From an uncultured virus (IMG/VR IMGVR_UViG_3300044545_000147) (taxonomy: Duplodnaviria; Heunggongvirae; Uroviricota; Caudoviricetes), in the IMG/VR virus record IMGVR_UViG_3300044545_000147: 64,000 nucleotides of DNA; one strand, given 5' to 3'. The position numbers and the translations under genes are program-made. The notes beneath the pieces are model-generated. The model was given only the letters and a program-made list of their open reading frames with translations, was not told the origin of the DNA and did not search any database. This document shows, piece by piece, positions 41,323-50,027 of the stretch (position 1 is its first letter; the number at the start of each line of letters is the position of its first letter).

Positions 41323-42374
41323 GTAAAACACTAAGTGCGACGCTACAAATCAAAAATGGCACAAAAGCTTCATGGAGCAGCATAAATCCCATTCTGGCAA
41401 AAGGGGAGCCGGGACTGGAATCTGATACGGCACATTTTAAATTTGGGGATGGCGTTACAGCATGGAATGATCTGGATTATGCAGGAACCATTGTAAAAGT
41501 AAGTTCTACCAATGGGAACTTAACTATAGATGGAACTGATGTGACAATATATACACTCCCAACAGCAACATCCTCTGCTTTGGGAGGAGTCAAGTCTCAA
41601 TCTGCAGGATCTGGCAAAGTAGTTGTTGGATCTGATGGGACTATGAGTGTGTCTGATGTTCCCACAGCGGATGCATTAACCACTGCTCATAAAATGACTT
41701 TTTCTGGAGATGTTTCTGGCAATAACACATTTAATGGTTCTCAGGATGTTACTTTTGCCCTAGCATTGGTTTCATCGGGGGTTACTGCGGGAACATATTC
41801 TAAAGTTACGGTGACGGCAAAAGGTATTGTTACTGCGGGGACTTCTTTAACAGCTTCTGATATTCCTTCAATTACGTTATCCAAAATATCCGATGCGGGG
41901 AGTGCTGCTGCTTTAACTGCCGGAACTTCATCGGGCAATGTTCCTATATTGGATAGTAATGGAAAGTTGAGCTCTTCTGTTTTACCTGCTGTTGCGGTCA
42001 ATAATATTTATACTGTAGCCAGTCAGGCTGCTATGTTGGCATTAAGTGCTGATGTAGGGGATATTGCGGTACGTACAGATATAAGCACAACCTATATGCT
42101 GCAGAAATCTCCAGCTTCTACTTTGGCAAATTGGATAGAATTGGAATTTCCGACCAGCGATGTTTTGTCTGTTAACGGTAAAACAGGAACTGTGACTTTA
42201 ACCACTTCTGATATTGCCGAAGGGATAAATGAATACTATACAGAAGCCCGCGCGACGGCTAATTTTGATAGTAATTTTAGTGAAAAGTCCGTTTCAGGAT
42301 TATCTGATGGAGCCGATGCCGTTATGTCAGGCGATACATTAGTTCTTGACTGTGGGACCGTGAGTGCATCATGA
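41319..42374 (+). CDS. Tail fiber with Mtd_N/hyaluronidase-N-like domain
   Basis: W...NPIL.KGE.GLESDT..FK.GDGV..W. Confidence 0.75.
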   Translation: MSKTLSATLQIKNGTKASWSSINPILAKGEPGLESDTAHFKFGDGVTAWNDLDYAGTIVKVSSTNGNLTIDGTDVTIYTLPTATSSALGGVKSQSAGSGKVVVGSDGTMSVSDVPTADALTTAHKMTFSGDVSGNNTFNGSQDVTFALALVSSGVTAGTYSKVTVTAKGIVTAGTSLTASDIPSITLSKISDAGSAAALTAGTSSGNVPILDSNGKLSSSVLPAVAVNNIYTVASQAAMLALSADVGDIAVRTDISTTYMLQKSPASTLANWIELEFPTSDVLSVNGKTGTVTLTTSDIAEGINEYYTEARATANFDSNFSEKSVSGLSDGADAVMSGDTLVLDCGTVSAS

Positions 42375-43186
42375 CGAAAAGAACTTTTAGCGGAACAACA
42401 GTACAGAATAAAACAGGAACGGCATCTGCATGGACATCTGTGAATCCTACTTTGTCTAAAGGGGAAATAGGTATTGAATCCGATACTTATAAAATGAAAG
42501 TAGGAGATGGTGTAAATAATTGGACAGACCTCCCATATGCAGCACAGAGTACTCCTAATTTTCATTTCCTTAGCCAATTTGTTATTGATGCATCTGCAGG
42601 AAATAAAACCGCAGCTATTACAGCAGCAAACAATCCATTTACGGGCAGTGGTTCTATTTCACTTACTCTAGATATTTCAACCTCTGGGGCTAACGGGCTT
42701 GATACAGGAAGTCTGACAGCAAGCACCTGGTATTATGTGTATCTCTGTTATGGCACGTCAGGATTATGCTGTTTGGCTTCGGCATCATCAACGGCACCTA
42801 CTATCCCTTCTGGATATAGCGCAACTTATTTTCGAGTAGGAGCACTTTATTATGGCAGTTCTTCTGTATTCTCGGAAACAATTCAGCATGGAAATCGCGC
42901 AGATTATGTCTTTGGACAAAGTTCATTAATGATGAATGCAACATCAGCACAATGGATTACGACGGCAGGAGCTATGCCTCCTACTGCATATTTAATATCT
43001 TTGATCTTAGGGAATGCTACATTATATTGGAATTCTGAAGAAACATGGCTTTTATATAGTGGAAATGGATATATCACACTCCCACGTCGTTCGAATACAC
43101 CGCAGTCATTATCTTTCTATGTAGTTCCAGTAGTTTCAACGGCATATTGTACAGTTAAAGGTGTTGGATGGATAGATAATTTGTAA
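42371..43186 (+). CDS. Tail fiber/RBP with Mtd_N-like domain
   Basis: Same N-terminal domain as 41319; C-terminal domain shared with 38932-40692. Confidence 0.75.
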   Translation: MTKRTFSGTTVQNKTGTASAWTSVNPTLSKGEIGIESDTYKMKVGDGVNNWTDLPYAAQSTPNFHFLSQFVIDASAGNKTAAITAANNPFTGSGSISLTLDISTSGANGLDTGSLTASTWYYVYLCYGTSGLCCLASASSTAPTIPSGYSATYFRVGALYYGSSSVFSETIQHGNRADYVFGQSSLMMNATSAQWITTAGAMPPTAYLISLILGNATLYWNSEETWLLYSGNGYITLPRRSNTPQSLSFYVVPVVSTAYCTVKGVGWIDNL

Positions 43187-43207
43187 TTCAATTTTATGAG
43201 GTGAAAT

Positions 43208-43546
43208 ATGGGATTATTTGATCATCAGACTATGCAAATGCTTTCTAATTGGGCAACAATAGGAAGCTTCATTAGCAATCTGGTTATTTTCTTGGGCATT
43301 ATCTATAAATTAAAAAAGGCTCTTCCGGTATTTCTTGTAAAATATTTGACAGGTCCGCTGCAGGAGACCGTTCAGCAGCAGGCGCAGACACTACAAGAAA
43401 CACAAAAAGAAATGATAGATATGCGGAGGTGGGAGAAAAGCCAAGAGAAGGAAAATGAGGTTGTCGAAGCAACACTTGAGTCCCATGGACAAACGCTGGG
43501 AGAACATGGGAAAAGAATCACATCTCTTGAGGAAAAACTCAAATGA
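43208..43546 (+). CDS. Single-TM coiled-coil protein (holin/XhlA-like position)
   Basis: N-terminal TM, C-terminal HGKRITSLE. Confidence 0.55.
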   Translation: MGLFDHQTMQMLSNWATIGSFISNLVIFLGIIYKLKKALPVFLVKYLTGPLQETVQQQAQTLQETQKEMIDMRRWEKSQEKENEVVEATLESHGQTLGEHGKRITSLEEKLK

Positions 43547-44034
43547 CAGAGTATAGGGGACCGGCAGCTCTTTACTCCCATGAAGGGCATGAACCAGTCA
43601 ATGTAAATGAAGAAATGAAAGAAAGCCTGACTCTCGGACAGAAGGCGGCGGATGTGATCGCCAAAGTTGTGGGGAGCTGGGCTTTTATCATTTTACAGAC
43701 CATTACATTTAGTGTGTGGATGGCGGTCAATGTCTATGCATTCTATCATCCCAAAATCATTTATATGTGGGACGGATATCCGTTCATTCTTCTTAATTTG
43801 ATGCTGTCTTTTGAGAGCGCCTACACAGGGCCCATCATCATGATGTCACAGAACCGGCAGACGAAGAAAGACAGGTTTGTCGCTGAATCTGACTATGCAG
43901 TCAATCAGAAATCAGAAGAGGAATTAAGAGTAATCATGGAACATCTTGTATCACAGGATGACCTTTTAATTCATCTCATGAAGGAGGTGAAACAGGAAAT
44001 TGGAAGAAAAGAAACGAAGGCCGACGACAAATGA
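43543..44034 (+). CDS. DUF1003-like membrane protein
   Basis: AD.IA..VGSW.FI, DGYPFILLNL.LS..AY..PIIMMSQNRQ. Confidence 0.85.
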   Translation: MTEYRGPAALYSHEGHEPVNVNEEMKESLTLGQKAADVIAKVVGSWAFIILQTITFSVWMAVNVYAFYHPKIIYMWDGYPFILLNLMLSFESAYTGPIIMMSQNRQTKKDRFVAESDYAVNQKSEEELRVIMEHLVSQDDLLIHLMKEVKQEIGRKETKADDK

Positions 44035-44497
44035 CAGGAACATTTTGAGAGCTTCTATTCTGGCAGTCAATGATGGGCTTTCCACAAATTTTAACTTTAT
44101 TATGGGTGTGATGGGAGCAGGAATGACAAACCGATCTGTTATTCTTGCAGGAATTGTAAGTATTCTGGCGGGAGCCTTTTCCATGGGTATGGGGGAATGG
44201 CTGTCTTTAAGTACAGTCAATGACAGACGCATAGATTTTGTTAAAGCAGGACTTGTTTCATTTATTACGTTTGTGATTGGCGCGTCTATACCAATAGCCC
44301 CGTTTTTCTTCTTTGACATGGATGATGCATTATTCAATAGCGCAGTTCTTTGTGCATGCGCCATGTTTACTGTAGGCGTATCAGACGGTAAAAAATTCCC
44401 CATACGATCAGGCATAAAGCATGTAATTGTTGGCTTATCTATTGCGTTTGTCACACATTTTATAGCGTCCTATATTCCCTTTATACTGGGAGGATGA
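44000..44497 (+). CDS. VIT1/CCC1-family transporter (short form)
   Basis: LRASILAVNDGL, AGAFSMGMGEWLS, SF..GA.IP..P. Confidence 0.85.
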   Translation: MEEKKRRPTTNDRNILRASILAVNDGLSTNFNFIMGVMGAGMTNRSVILAGIVSILAGAFSMGMGEWLSLSTVNDRRIDFVKAGLVSFITFVIGASIPIAPFFFFDMDDALFNSAVLCACAMFTVGVSDGKKFPIRSGIKHVIVGLSIAFVTHFIASYIPFILGG

Positions 44498-44802
44498 TTT
44501 TCATGAAACAAAAATTTTTGAATGCCATGAACTGGGCTGAAGAACACTGGTTATCTGTAGTGATTCTGATGGTCCTTTTTTTATTTTTTATGTTACTTCT
44601 GATTTTGTTGTCATGGTTGTATGGATACTGGAGTAATGGGCTAAAGGGCACGAAATTTGATATTGCCAGTTGTTGGTCTGGTGTAACTGTAGTTATATCG
44701 GGAGCAACAGGGGTAGCGGCATTGGCAGGTGCCGCGTGGAGTAAATATTCTACCGATTCGAAATTTAATTCCCCAACTGGTAGCTTTCCAATAAAAAGAT
44801 AA
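44494..44802 (+). CDS. Putative holin
   Basis: Two TM segments in the lysis region, C-terminal DSKFNSP. Confidence 0.55.
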   Translation: MIFMKQKFLNAMNWAEEHWLSVVILMVLFLFFMLLLILLSWLYGYWSNGLKGTKFDIASCWSGVTVVISGATGVAALAGAAWSKYSTDSKFNSPTGSFPIKR

Positions 44803-44839
44803 ATGATTCATAGTTTTTGGAGAGAAAGAAGGAAAAGTT

Positions 44840-45157
44840 ATGCCAGAAGATGAAAATGTGAACAGATATGACAGCGCAACACCGGTTGAAATGGATGAGG
44901 CAGCAACTCCGATGATCGAAGATGATCCAGTTGTGCCGATCTCTGATAAATACGGAGATAATACGGAGTCCACTGCAGATGTTGATAATACATCTACTCC
45001 GCTGCCAGCTGATAACGAAGATGGAGATGGGGCATCAACAATTAAATCCATAGATGTTTTGCAGTATACCTTGGGTGATCTTAAGGAATATCTGCATGGA
45101 ATTCAGGATGGAATTGATATTGTTTTGAAGGTTATTGAAGAAAAAGAGGAGGAATAA
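44840..45157 (+). CDS. Acidic hypothetical protein
   Basis: Asp/Glu-rich ORF with RBS. Confidence 0.6.
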   Translation: MPEDENVNRYDSATPVEMDEAATPMIEDDPVVPISDKYGDNTESTADVDNTSTPLPADNEDGDGASTIKSIDVLQYTLGDLKEYLHGIQDGIDIVLKVIEEKEEE

Positions 45158-45162
45158 TTATT

Positions 45163-45549
45163 ATGCGTGAAGAAGAAAATGCAACACCGTTGGAACAGTC
45201 CACTCCTGTGGTTTCTGAAGATGAACTGACTAAAGCGCGGGAATTAAAAGAGAAGACTGATGCGGAATTGATATCGGCTAAAGTTTCTCTTGAATCAGCA
45301 CTGCAGGCTATACCGGAAAATGCTGCCAAGGTTTTTGATGCTGCGAGGGAAGAAATTGAATCCAGTTTGAGTTTGGTTATTGCAGAAATATCCTCTCGGG
45401 CAAAAACAGAGGAAGAAAATACAAAAGAGGACGTAATAGAAGAGGAAAGCAAAGCAAAATCGTGGCTTTCACTTTATGGGTCCAAAATCAATGAAACTGC
45501 TAAGTGGATCGTTTTGCTTGCCATCGTATATCGGCTGTTCATTTTTTAA
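45163..45549 (+). CDS. Acidic coiled-coil protein with C-terminal membrane anchor
   Basis: GGAGG RBS, hydrophobic C-terminus. Confidence 0.6.
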   Translation: MREEENATPLEQSTPVVSEDELTKARELKEKTDAELISAKVSLESALQAIPENAAKVFDAAREEIESSLSLVIAEISSRAKTEEENTKEDVIEEESKAKSWLSLYGSKINETAKWIVLLAIVYRLFIF

Positions 45550-45561
45550 CGGAGGCATATT

Positions 45562-46194
45562 ATGTCGAATGTAATTGATTTATCGGATTTTCAGGGGGAC
45601 AGCAACAACAATCCCCTTATTGATTTCGGAAAATCGCCCATAGATCTGTCTGGCTGCATTGTTAAAGTATCTGAAGGCTGCAGCCTTCAGCAGATGTACC
45701 CGGTTTTCATTCAGATGGCACAGCAGTATAATGTGCCGCTGGGTGCTTATTGCTATACTCATGCGCAGACAACAGACAGGGCAAAGCAGGAGGCACAGGT
45801 ATTAATTGGAGCTCTTCAGTCCCAGGGGATTACTTCTCTTCCCCTGGGGATTTTTATTGATATAGAAGCTGCTGAAGTGTTGGCCATGGATAAAGATGAT
45901 ATTACGGCCTGCGCATCGGCTTTCATTAATCAGTGCGCCAATATGGGATTTACCAATGGAGGAATCTATGCTTCGTCCGGAAGGCTGCTTTCTGGGTATA
46001 GCGGATCCCGTGTTGGATGGATTGATATTTCCCAGTTGGCGGACTATGTACCCTACTGGGTGGCGCAGTACGGAGGCACCTTTACATGGCAGCAGGATAA
46101 CCCCGGCAAAATCTGCGCAGGACATCAATATACGGAATCTTTTGATTTCAATGGAACTCAGGTTGATATGAGCGAATGGTTTAACCGAATTTGA
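45562..46194 (+). CDS. GH25 muramidase endolysin
   Basis: IDLSDFQG, VKVSEG, GAY.Y, DIE, YWVAQY, QYT. Confidence 0.9.
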   Translation: MSNVIDLSDFQGDSNNNPLIDFGKSPIDLSGCIVKVSEGCSLQQMYPVFIQMAQQYNVPLGAYCYTHAQTTDRAKQEAQVLIGALQSQGITSLPLGIFIDIEAAEVLAMDKDDITACASAFINQCANMGFTNGGIYASSGRLLSGYSGSRVGWIDISQLADYVPYWVAQYGGTFTWQQDNPGKICAGHQYTESFDFNGTQVDMSEWFNRI

Positions 46195-46324
46195 CATTGA
46201 TTTCGTATATCCTGTGATAGATTTATTGCGATAACGGAGAAATCGCTTAAAAACAGCCTTTTTCTTCGATTTCGCAATAAATCCCATTCATTATCAATTA
46301 TGAGCACTGAAAGGGCATGATGAC

Positions 46325-46897
46325 ATGCAAAAATATCAAAAATACATTGCCATAGCGAAAAAGGCAGGTTATGTGATAGTTCTACTGTACATCCTGATCT
46401 CTGGATATCTGCTGTATACGAAATATCACGCTGGAGGAAGCGATAATACAGTTAAGCAATTAACAGAGAAGCAGGTGACAGATCCGGCCAGCGTAAAAAA
46501 GACGTTGAATGTATCCGATGCAGAAGCGAAAGAAATTGTGGAGAAAGTGGAAACAGTGAAGAAACCGGAAGTGTCATATACCGTAGAGGCGCCGACGGTA
46601 GAATCTGCAGCGGAAAAAGTGACGGACCAGATAAAGACCGGAGACACTACGATCCCGAAAGCAGCTGCAGCAAAAACTGATCGTACAGCTGTCGTGGCAG
46701 ATACCGATAAGCAGAAAGTCGATGTTTACAAAATCAATTTACGCAATAATCACAAAATCAAAGCCGGCATATCCTATATCGACAGTAAAGCATATGCCGA
46801 CGTGGGATACCAGGCAGGACGTGTAGAGGTGATTGGGCATTATGGTGGAGAAAACAGAAACGGAGTGTCTGTGATGTACACGCTGAAGGAGTGGTAA
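46325..46897 (+). CDS. Membrane-anchored lysis accessory (spanin-like position)
   Basis: N-terminal TM, C-terminal beta-strands ending in W; follows endolysin. Confidence 0.55.
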   Translation: MQKYQKYIAIAKKAGYVIVLLYILISGYLLYTKYHAGGSDNTVKQLTEKQVTDPASVKKTLNVSDAEAKEIVEKVETVKKPEVSYTVEAPTVESAAEKVTDQIKTGDTTIPKAAAAKTDRTAVVADTDKQKVDVYKINLRNNHKIKAGISYIDSKAYADVGYQAGRVEVIGHYGGENRNGVSVMYTLKEW

Positions 46898-46943
46898 TCA
46901 GGAGATGATCTGGTTATCTCGCGGTCACGGCGTTAGTGTGATA

Positions 46944-46972
46944 GGAGGGGCTTAATTGCCCCCTCTTTTTTT
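46944..46972 (+). terminator. Intrinsic terminator ending the late operon
   Basis: GGAGGGGC-TTAATT-GCCCCCTC-T7. Confidence 0.75.
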
Positions 46973-47033
46973 GTTGCCTGAATAAATCATATTTGTTATC
47001 ATAAAATGAAAGATATAAGAAAGAAGCGAATAA

Positions 47034-48101
47034 GTGTTTACTAAAACATTTTTATCTAAAAAAGACTCACAAGTTTTATATGGGCTGGCGGCAGTACTAA
47101 TGGTATATCATCACACTTTGGCAACCCCATACTTATTTCCTGTTTTGGGTATTGGAAATAATTTGTCTTCATATGATTATCTTCCGATATATCTCCCTAT
47201 CGAAGATGTGATAAGAAACACATTTAAGATCTGTGTATCATTATTTGCATTTATCACTGGCTATGGATTATTCACAAAGTGTCTATTAAATCCGGCATCT
47301 GGGCTGCAAAGACTACGGGATAACTATAAGGTGATCCTGAAACACTTATATAAATTCTATAAGCATTATTGGGTTGTGTTTTTTATATTTGTACCTATAG
47401 GGTTGTATGGAGGGATTCTTTCGTTCCGAATTAATGATTTTCTTTTAAATTTAGTTGGATATGAATCTACATATAATGGGACGTGGTGGTATGTATGGGA
47501 GTATGTGACTATGTTGCTACTGTTCCCGTTGATAGAATATGTAATATCCCCCGAAAAGTATTTTAGTAATAATAAAATGGTTTATATGTTGTGCTTCTTT
47601 ACCGTGTTAGTCATATACTTTTCCTTGTATAAATTCAAGGTCATCAATATATATCCTAACAAGTCAGAAGACCCATTGAACTATATATTGGTTTTGATAG
47701 AGGGATTATTGTTTTCTAAATATAATATATTTAGTTTACTGAAAAGCATAAGACTATTGAATAATTGGGGAACTAATATAATTGGATTGGCTTTATGTTT
47801 TCACATAATGGTATATTCCCAATATAGACATGCTATCCTATTGGCAACTCCTATATTGATTTTTTCATTTATTTCTCTGCTCCGTGCATTATCTTTAAAT
47901 AGAATTAGTAATGGATTGTGTTTTATAGGAAGGTATTCCGTTTATATCTGGCTGACACATTTCTTCTATCTTGTTTTATACTTCCAGCGTATCGCTCTGT
48001 TGCCACGAATATCATGGCTCATCGGAATTTGGGTTATCATATTATCTCTTACCACAGGAATTGTATTAAATAGGATATATAATTTGGTATTTCGTGTGTG
48101 A
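47034..48101 (+). CDS. Acyltransferase-3 (OafA/Oac-like) moron
   Basis: Multi-TM, MVYHH, CVSLFAFITGYGL, WWYV, IGRYSVYIWLTH; AT-rich. Confidence 0.85.
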   Translation: MFTKTFLSKKDSQVLYGLAAVLMVYHHTLATPYLFPVLGIGNNLSSYDYLPIYLPIEDVIRNTFKICVSLFAFITGYGLFTKCLLNPASGLQRLRDNYKVILKHLYKFYKHYWVVFFIFVPIGLYGGILSFRINDFLLNLVGYESTYNGTWWYVWEYVTMLLLFPLIEYVISPEKYFSNNKMVYMLCFFTVLVIYFSLYKFKVINIYPNKSEDPLNYILVLIEGLLFSKYNIFSLLKSIRLLNNWGTNIIGLALCFHIMVYSQYRHAILLATPILIFSFISLLRALSLNRISNGLCFIGRYSVYIWLTHFFYLVLYFQRIALLPRISWLIGIWVIILSLTTGIVLNRIYNLVFRV

Positions 48102-48286
48102 TAAATGGGGGCCAATTGCAACATCAAATACACACTGTCCGAATGGTAATAAGTATCAAAACAAGAATATTTTGGAACTTATTCTATTTAAGAAGCAAAA
48201 CCGTAAATTTTTGTTCCTTAATTGACTTTCGTTTTTTCATAAAAAGTGTGATTTTACTTTCAAGTAGATCATTTGAAAGTAGAGGG

Positions 48287-48319
48287 AAGGGTGTGGAATT
48301 TATTCCATGCCCTTTTTTT
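48287..48319 (+). terminator. Hairpin + T-run upstream of mod
   Basis: AAGGGTGTGGAAT-TT-ATTCCATGCCCTT-TTTTT. Confidence 0.6.
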
Positions 48320-48389
48320 ATTGCTCAGACGCGTCAAGTAGTGTAAAGTAATGGAATAACAGACGTAAGAATAATTGGGGGACTTGTCA

Positions 48390-50027
48390 ATGACGAACTT
48401 ATCGCAAGAAAAGCGGAAGCGTATGTTAACCTTCCTGAATATGATAAAAGGGAAAAATAAAGATGATGATAAGGCATTGATGGCCATCAATGAAATTGAA
48501 AATGCTTTGACCGAGAAAAAGTATGGCCTTGTGTGGGAGCAGCACGAAGAAGCCGTCGATGTTAAGATGCAAACGCATATTCCGGTGTTTACGGAAGATA
48601 AAAATCGGGAAATTACGATGGCACCGGGGGAATATTATAATTTTCTGTTGGAAGGCGATAACCTCCATAGTCTATACTTATTAGAAAAAACACATAAGGG
48701 AAAAATCGATGTTATTTATATTGATCCTCCATACAATAGGGGGAAAAATGACTTTAAATATGATGATAATTTTATAGATCGTAATGATTCTTTTAAACAT
48801 AGTAAATGGATTTCTTTTTTGAGGGAACGACTAAATGAAGCACGGAGCTTGTTATCCGAAAAGGGGATAATATGTATTTCAATTGATGATAATGAATTTG
48901 CTCAGCTCAAGATGTTAATGGATGAAATCTTTGGTGAAGATTGTTTTTTAAATATGTTTGTATGGAAAAGGAATTCTAGCGTAAAAACAGACAAGGAAAA
49001 GTTTACAGTTAATACTGAATATGTTTTTCTATATTCTCATACAAAACAGTACTATTTAAATTCTGTTTATAAACCATTATCTGAATCAACAAGAAAAATG
49101 TATAGCAAGGATGATAAGGACGGAAGAGGTCCTTATCGTTTATATCCACTTCAAAAGCCTAAATCTCCGGGTCCAGAAACCACGTATGATTACGTTGATA
49201 ATAATGGGAAAGTATGGAAATGCCCACCTAAAGGGTGGCGCATTAAGTATGATAAACTAAAGGCATTGGAAAATGACGGCAGGTTGTGCCTGGCTAATAA
49301 ATCATTATCAGAAAAAGCTTATTGGAATGAGCGTGAAAACGAAGGGAAAAGGATAGACACCCTTTGGGATGATTTATCTGAAAATAGTACTGGTAGCAAG
49401 GAGCTAAGAAGAATTATAGGAGAACAAAATGTTTTTGATAATCCTAAACCTATAGATTTAATACAACGTTGTATTAAAATTGCTGACAAGGAAAATTCTA
49501 TTGTTCTGGATTTTTTTGCTGGTTCAGGAACAACGGCACAGGCTGTTCTAGCATTAAACAAAGAAGATGGTGGCCAGCGAAGATTTATTCTCTGTACGAA
49601 TAATGAAAATAGTATCTGTGAGGATGTAACCTACCCTCGTGTGAAAACGGTGATTACCGGCATTCGCCCTGACGGAGGTAAATATTCTGATGGCATTCCT
49701 GCTAATCTCAAATATTATCGTACAGGCTTCGTTTCTAAAAATGAAGAGTTTCTATCTGATGTTTTGCTGAACCATATTGCCGAAATGATTCAGCTTGAAC
49801 ATGGCATTAAATTGGATGGCAAGCAATACATCATGGTTATGAGTGATGAAGAGGCAGATAAGCTTGCTGCTCATTGGAATGAATATCCAGAAGTCAAAGT
49901 ACTTTATGTCTCGAAGAATGTGCTTCTCACTACGGAGCAGGAACAACTTTTTAAAAATATAAAAATATGTATAATCCCCGATTATTATTTTGATTTTGAA
50001 CTGCAAGAAGTAGGTGAATCATGGTAA
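48390..50027 (+). CDS. mod: Type III R-M methyltransferase
   Basis: KKYGLVWE, EGDNL, IYIDPPYN, DFFAGSGTT. Confidence 0.9.
   Translation: MTNLSQEKRKRMLTFLNMIKGKNKDDDKALMAINEIENALTEKKYGLVWEQHEEAVDVKMQTHIPVFTEDKNREITMAPGEYYNFLLEGDNLHSLYLLEKTHKGKIDVIYIDPPYNRGKNDFKYDDNFIDRNDSFKHSKWISFLRERLNEARSLLSEKGIICISIDDNEFAQLKMLMDEIFGEDCFLNMFVWKRNSSVKTDKEKFTVNTEYVFLYSHTKQYYLNSVYKPLSESTRKMYSKDDKDGRGPYRLYPLQKPKSPGPETTYDYVDNNGKVWKCPPKGWRIKYDKLKALENDGRLCLANKSLSEKAYWNERENEGKRIDTLWDDLSENSTGSKELRRIIGEQNVFDNPKPIDLIQRCIKIADKENSIVLDFFAGSGTTAQAVLALNKEDGGQRRFILCTNNENSICEDVTYPRVKTVITGIRPDGGKYSDGIPANLKYYRTGFVSKNEEFLSDVLLNHIAEMIQLEHGIKLDGKQYIMVMSDEEADKLAAHWNEYPEVKVLYVSKNVLLTTEQEQLFKNIKICIIPDYYFDFELQEVGESW

Noticed and set aside
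41319..43186. Diversity-generating retroelement suggested by Mtd_N-like domains and repeated fiber segments
   Set aside because: No reverse transcriptase in the window; both repeats are coding and differ mostly at synonymous positions, not specifically at adenines.
37457..43186. Invertible tail-fiber shufflon
   Set aside because: All genes are co-oriented; no invertase or flanking inverted repeats seen.
46900..46943. Small structured element before the late terminator (GAGATGA/TTATCTC stem), possible ribozyme
   Set aside because: I could not match it to hammerhead, pistol, twister or HDV cores by eye; the evidence is too thin without an Rfam search.
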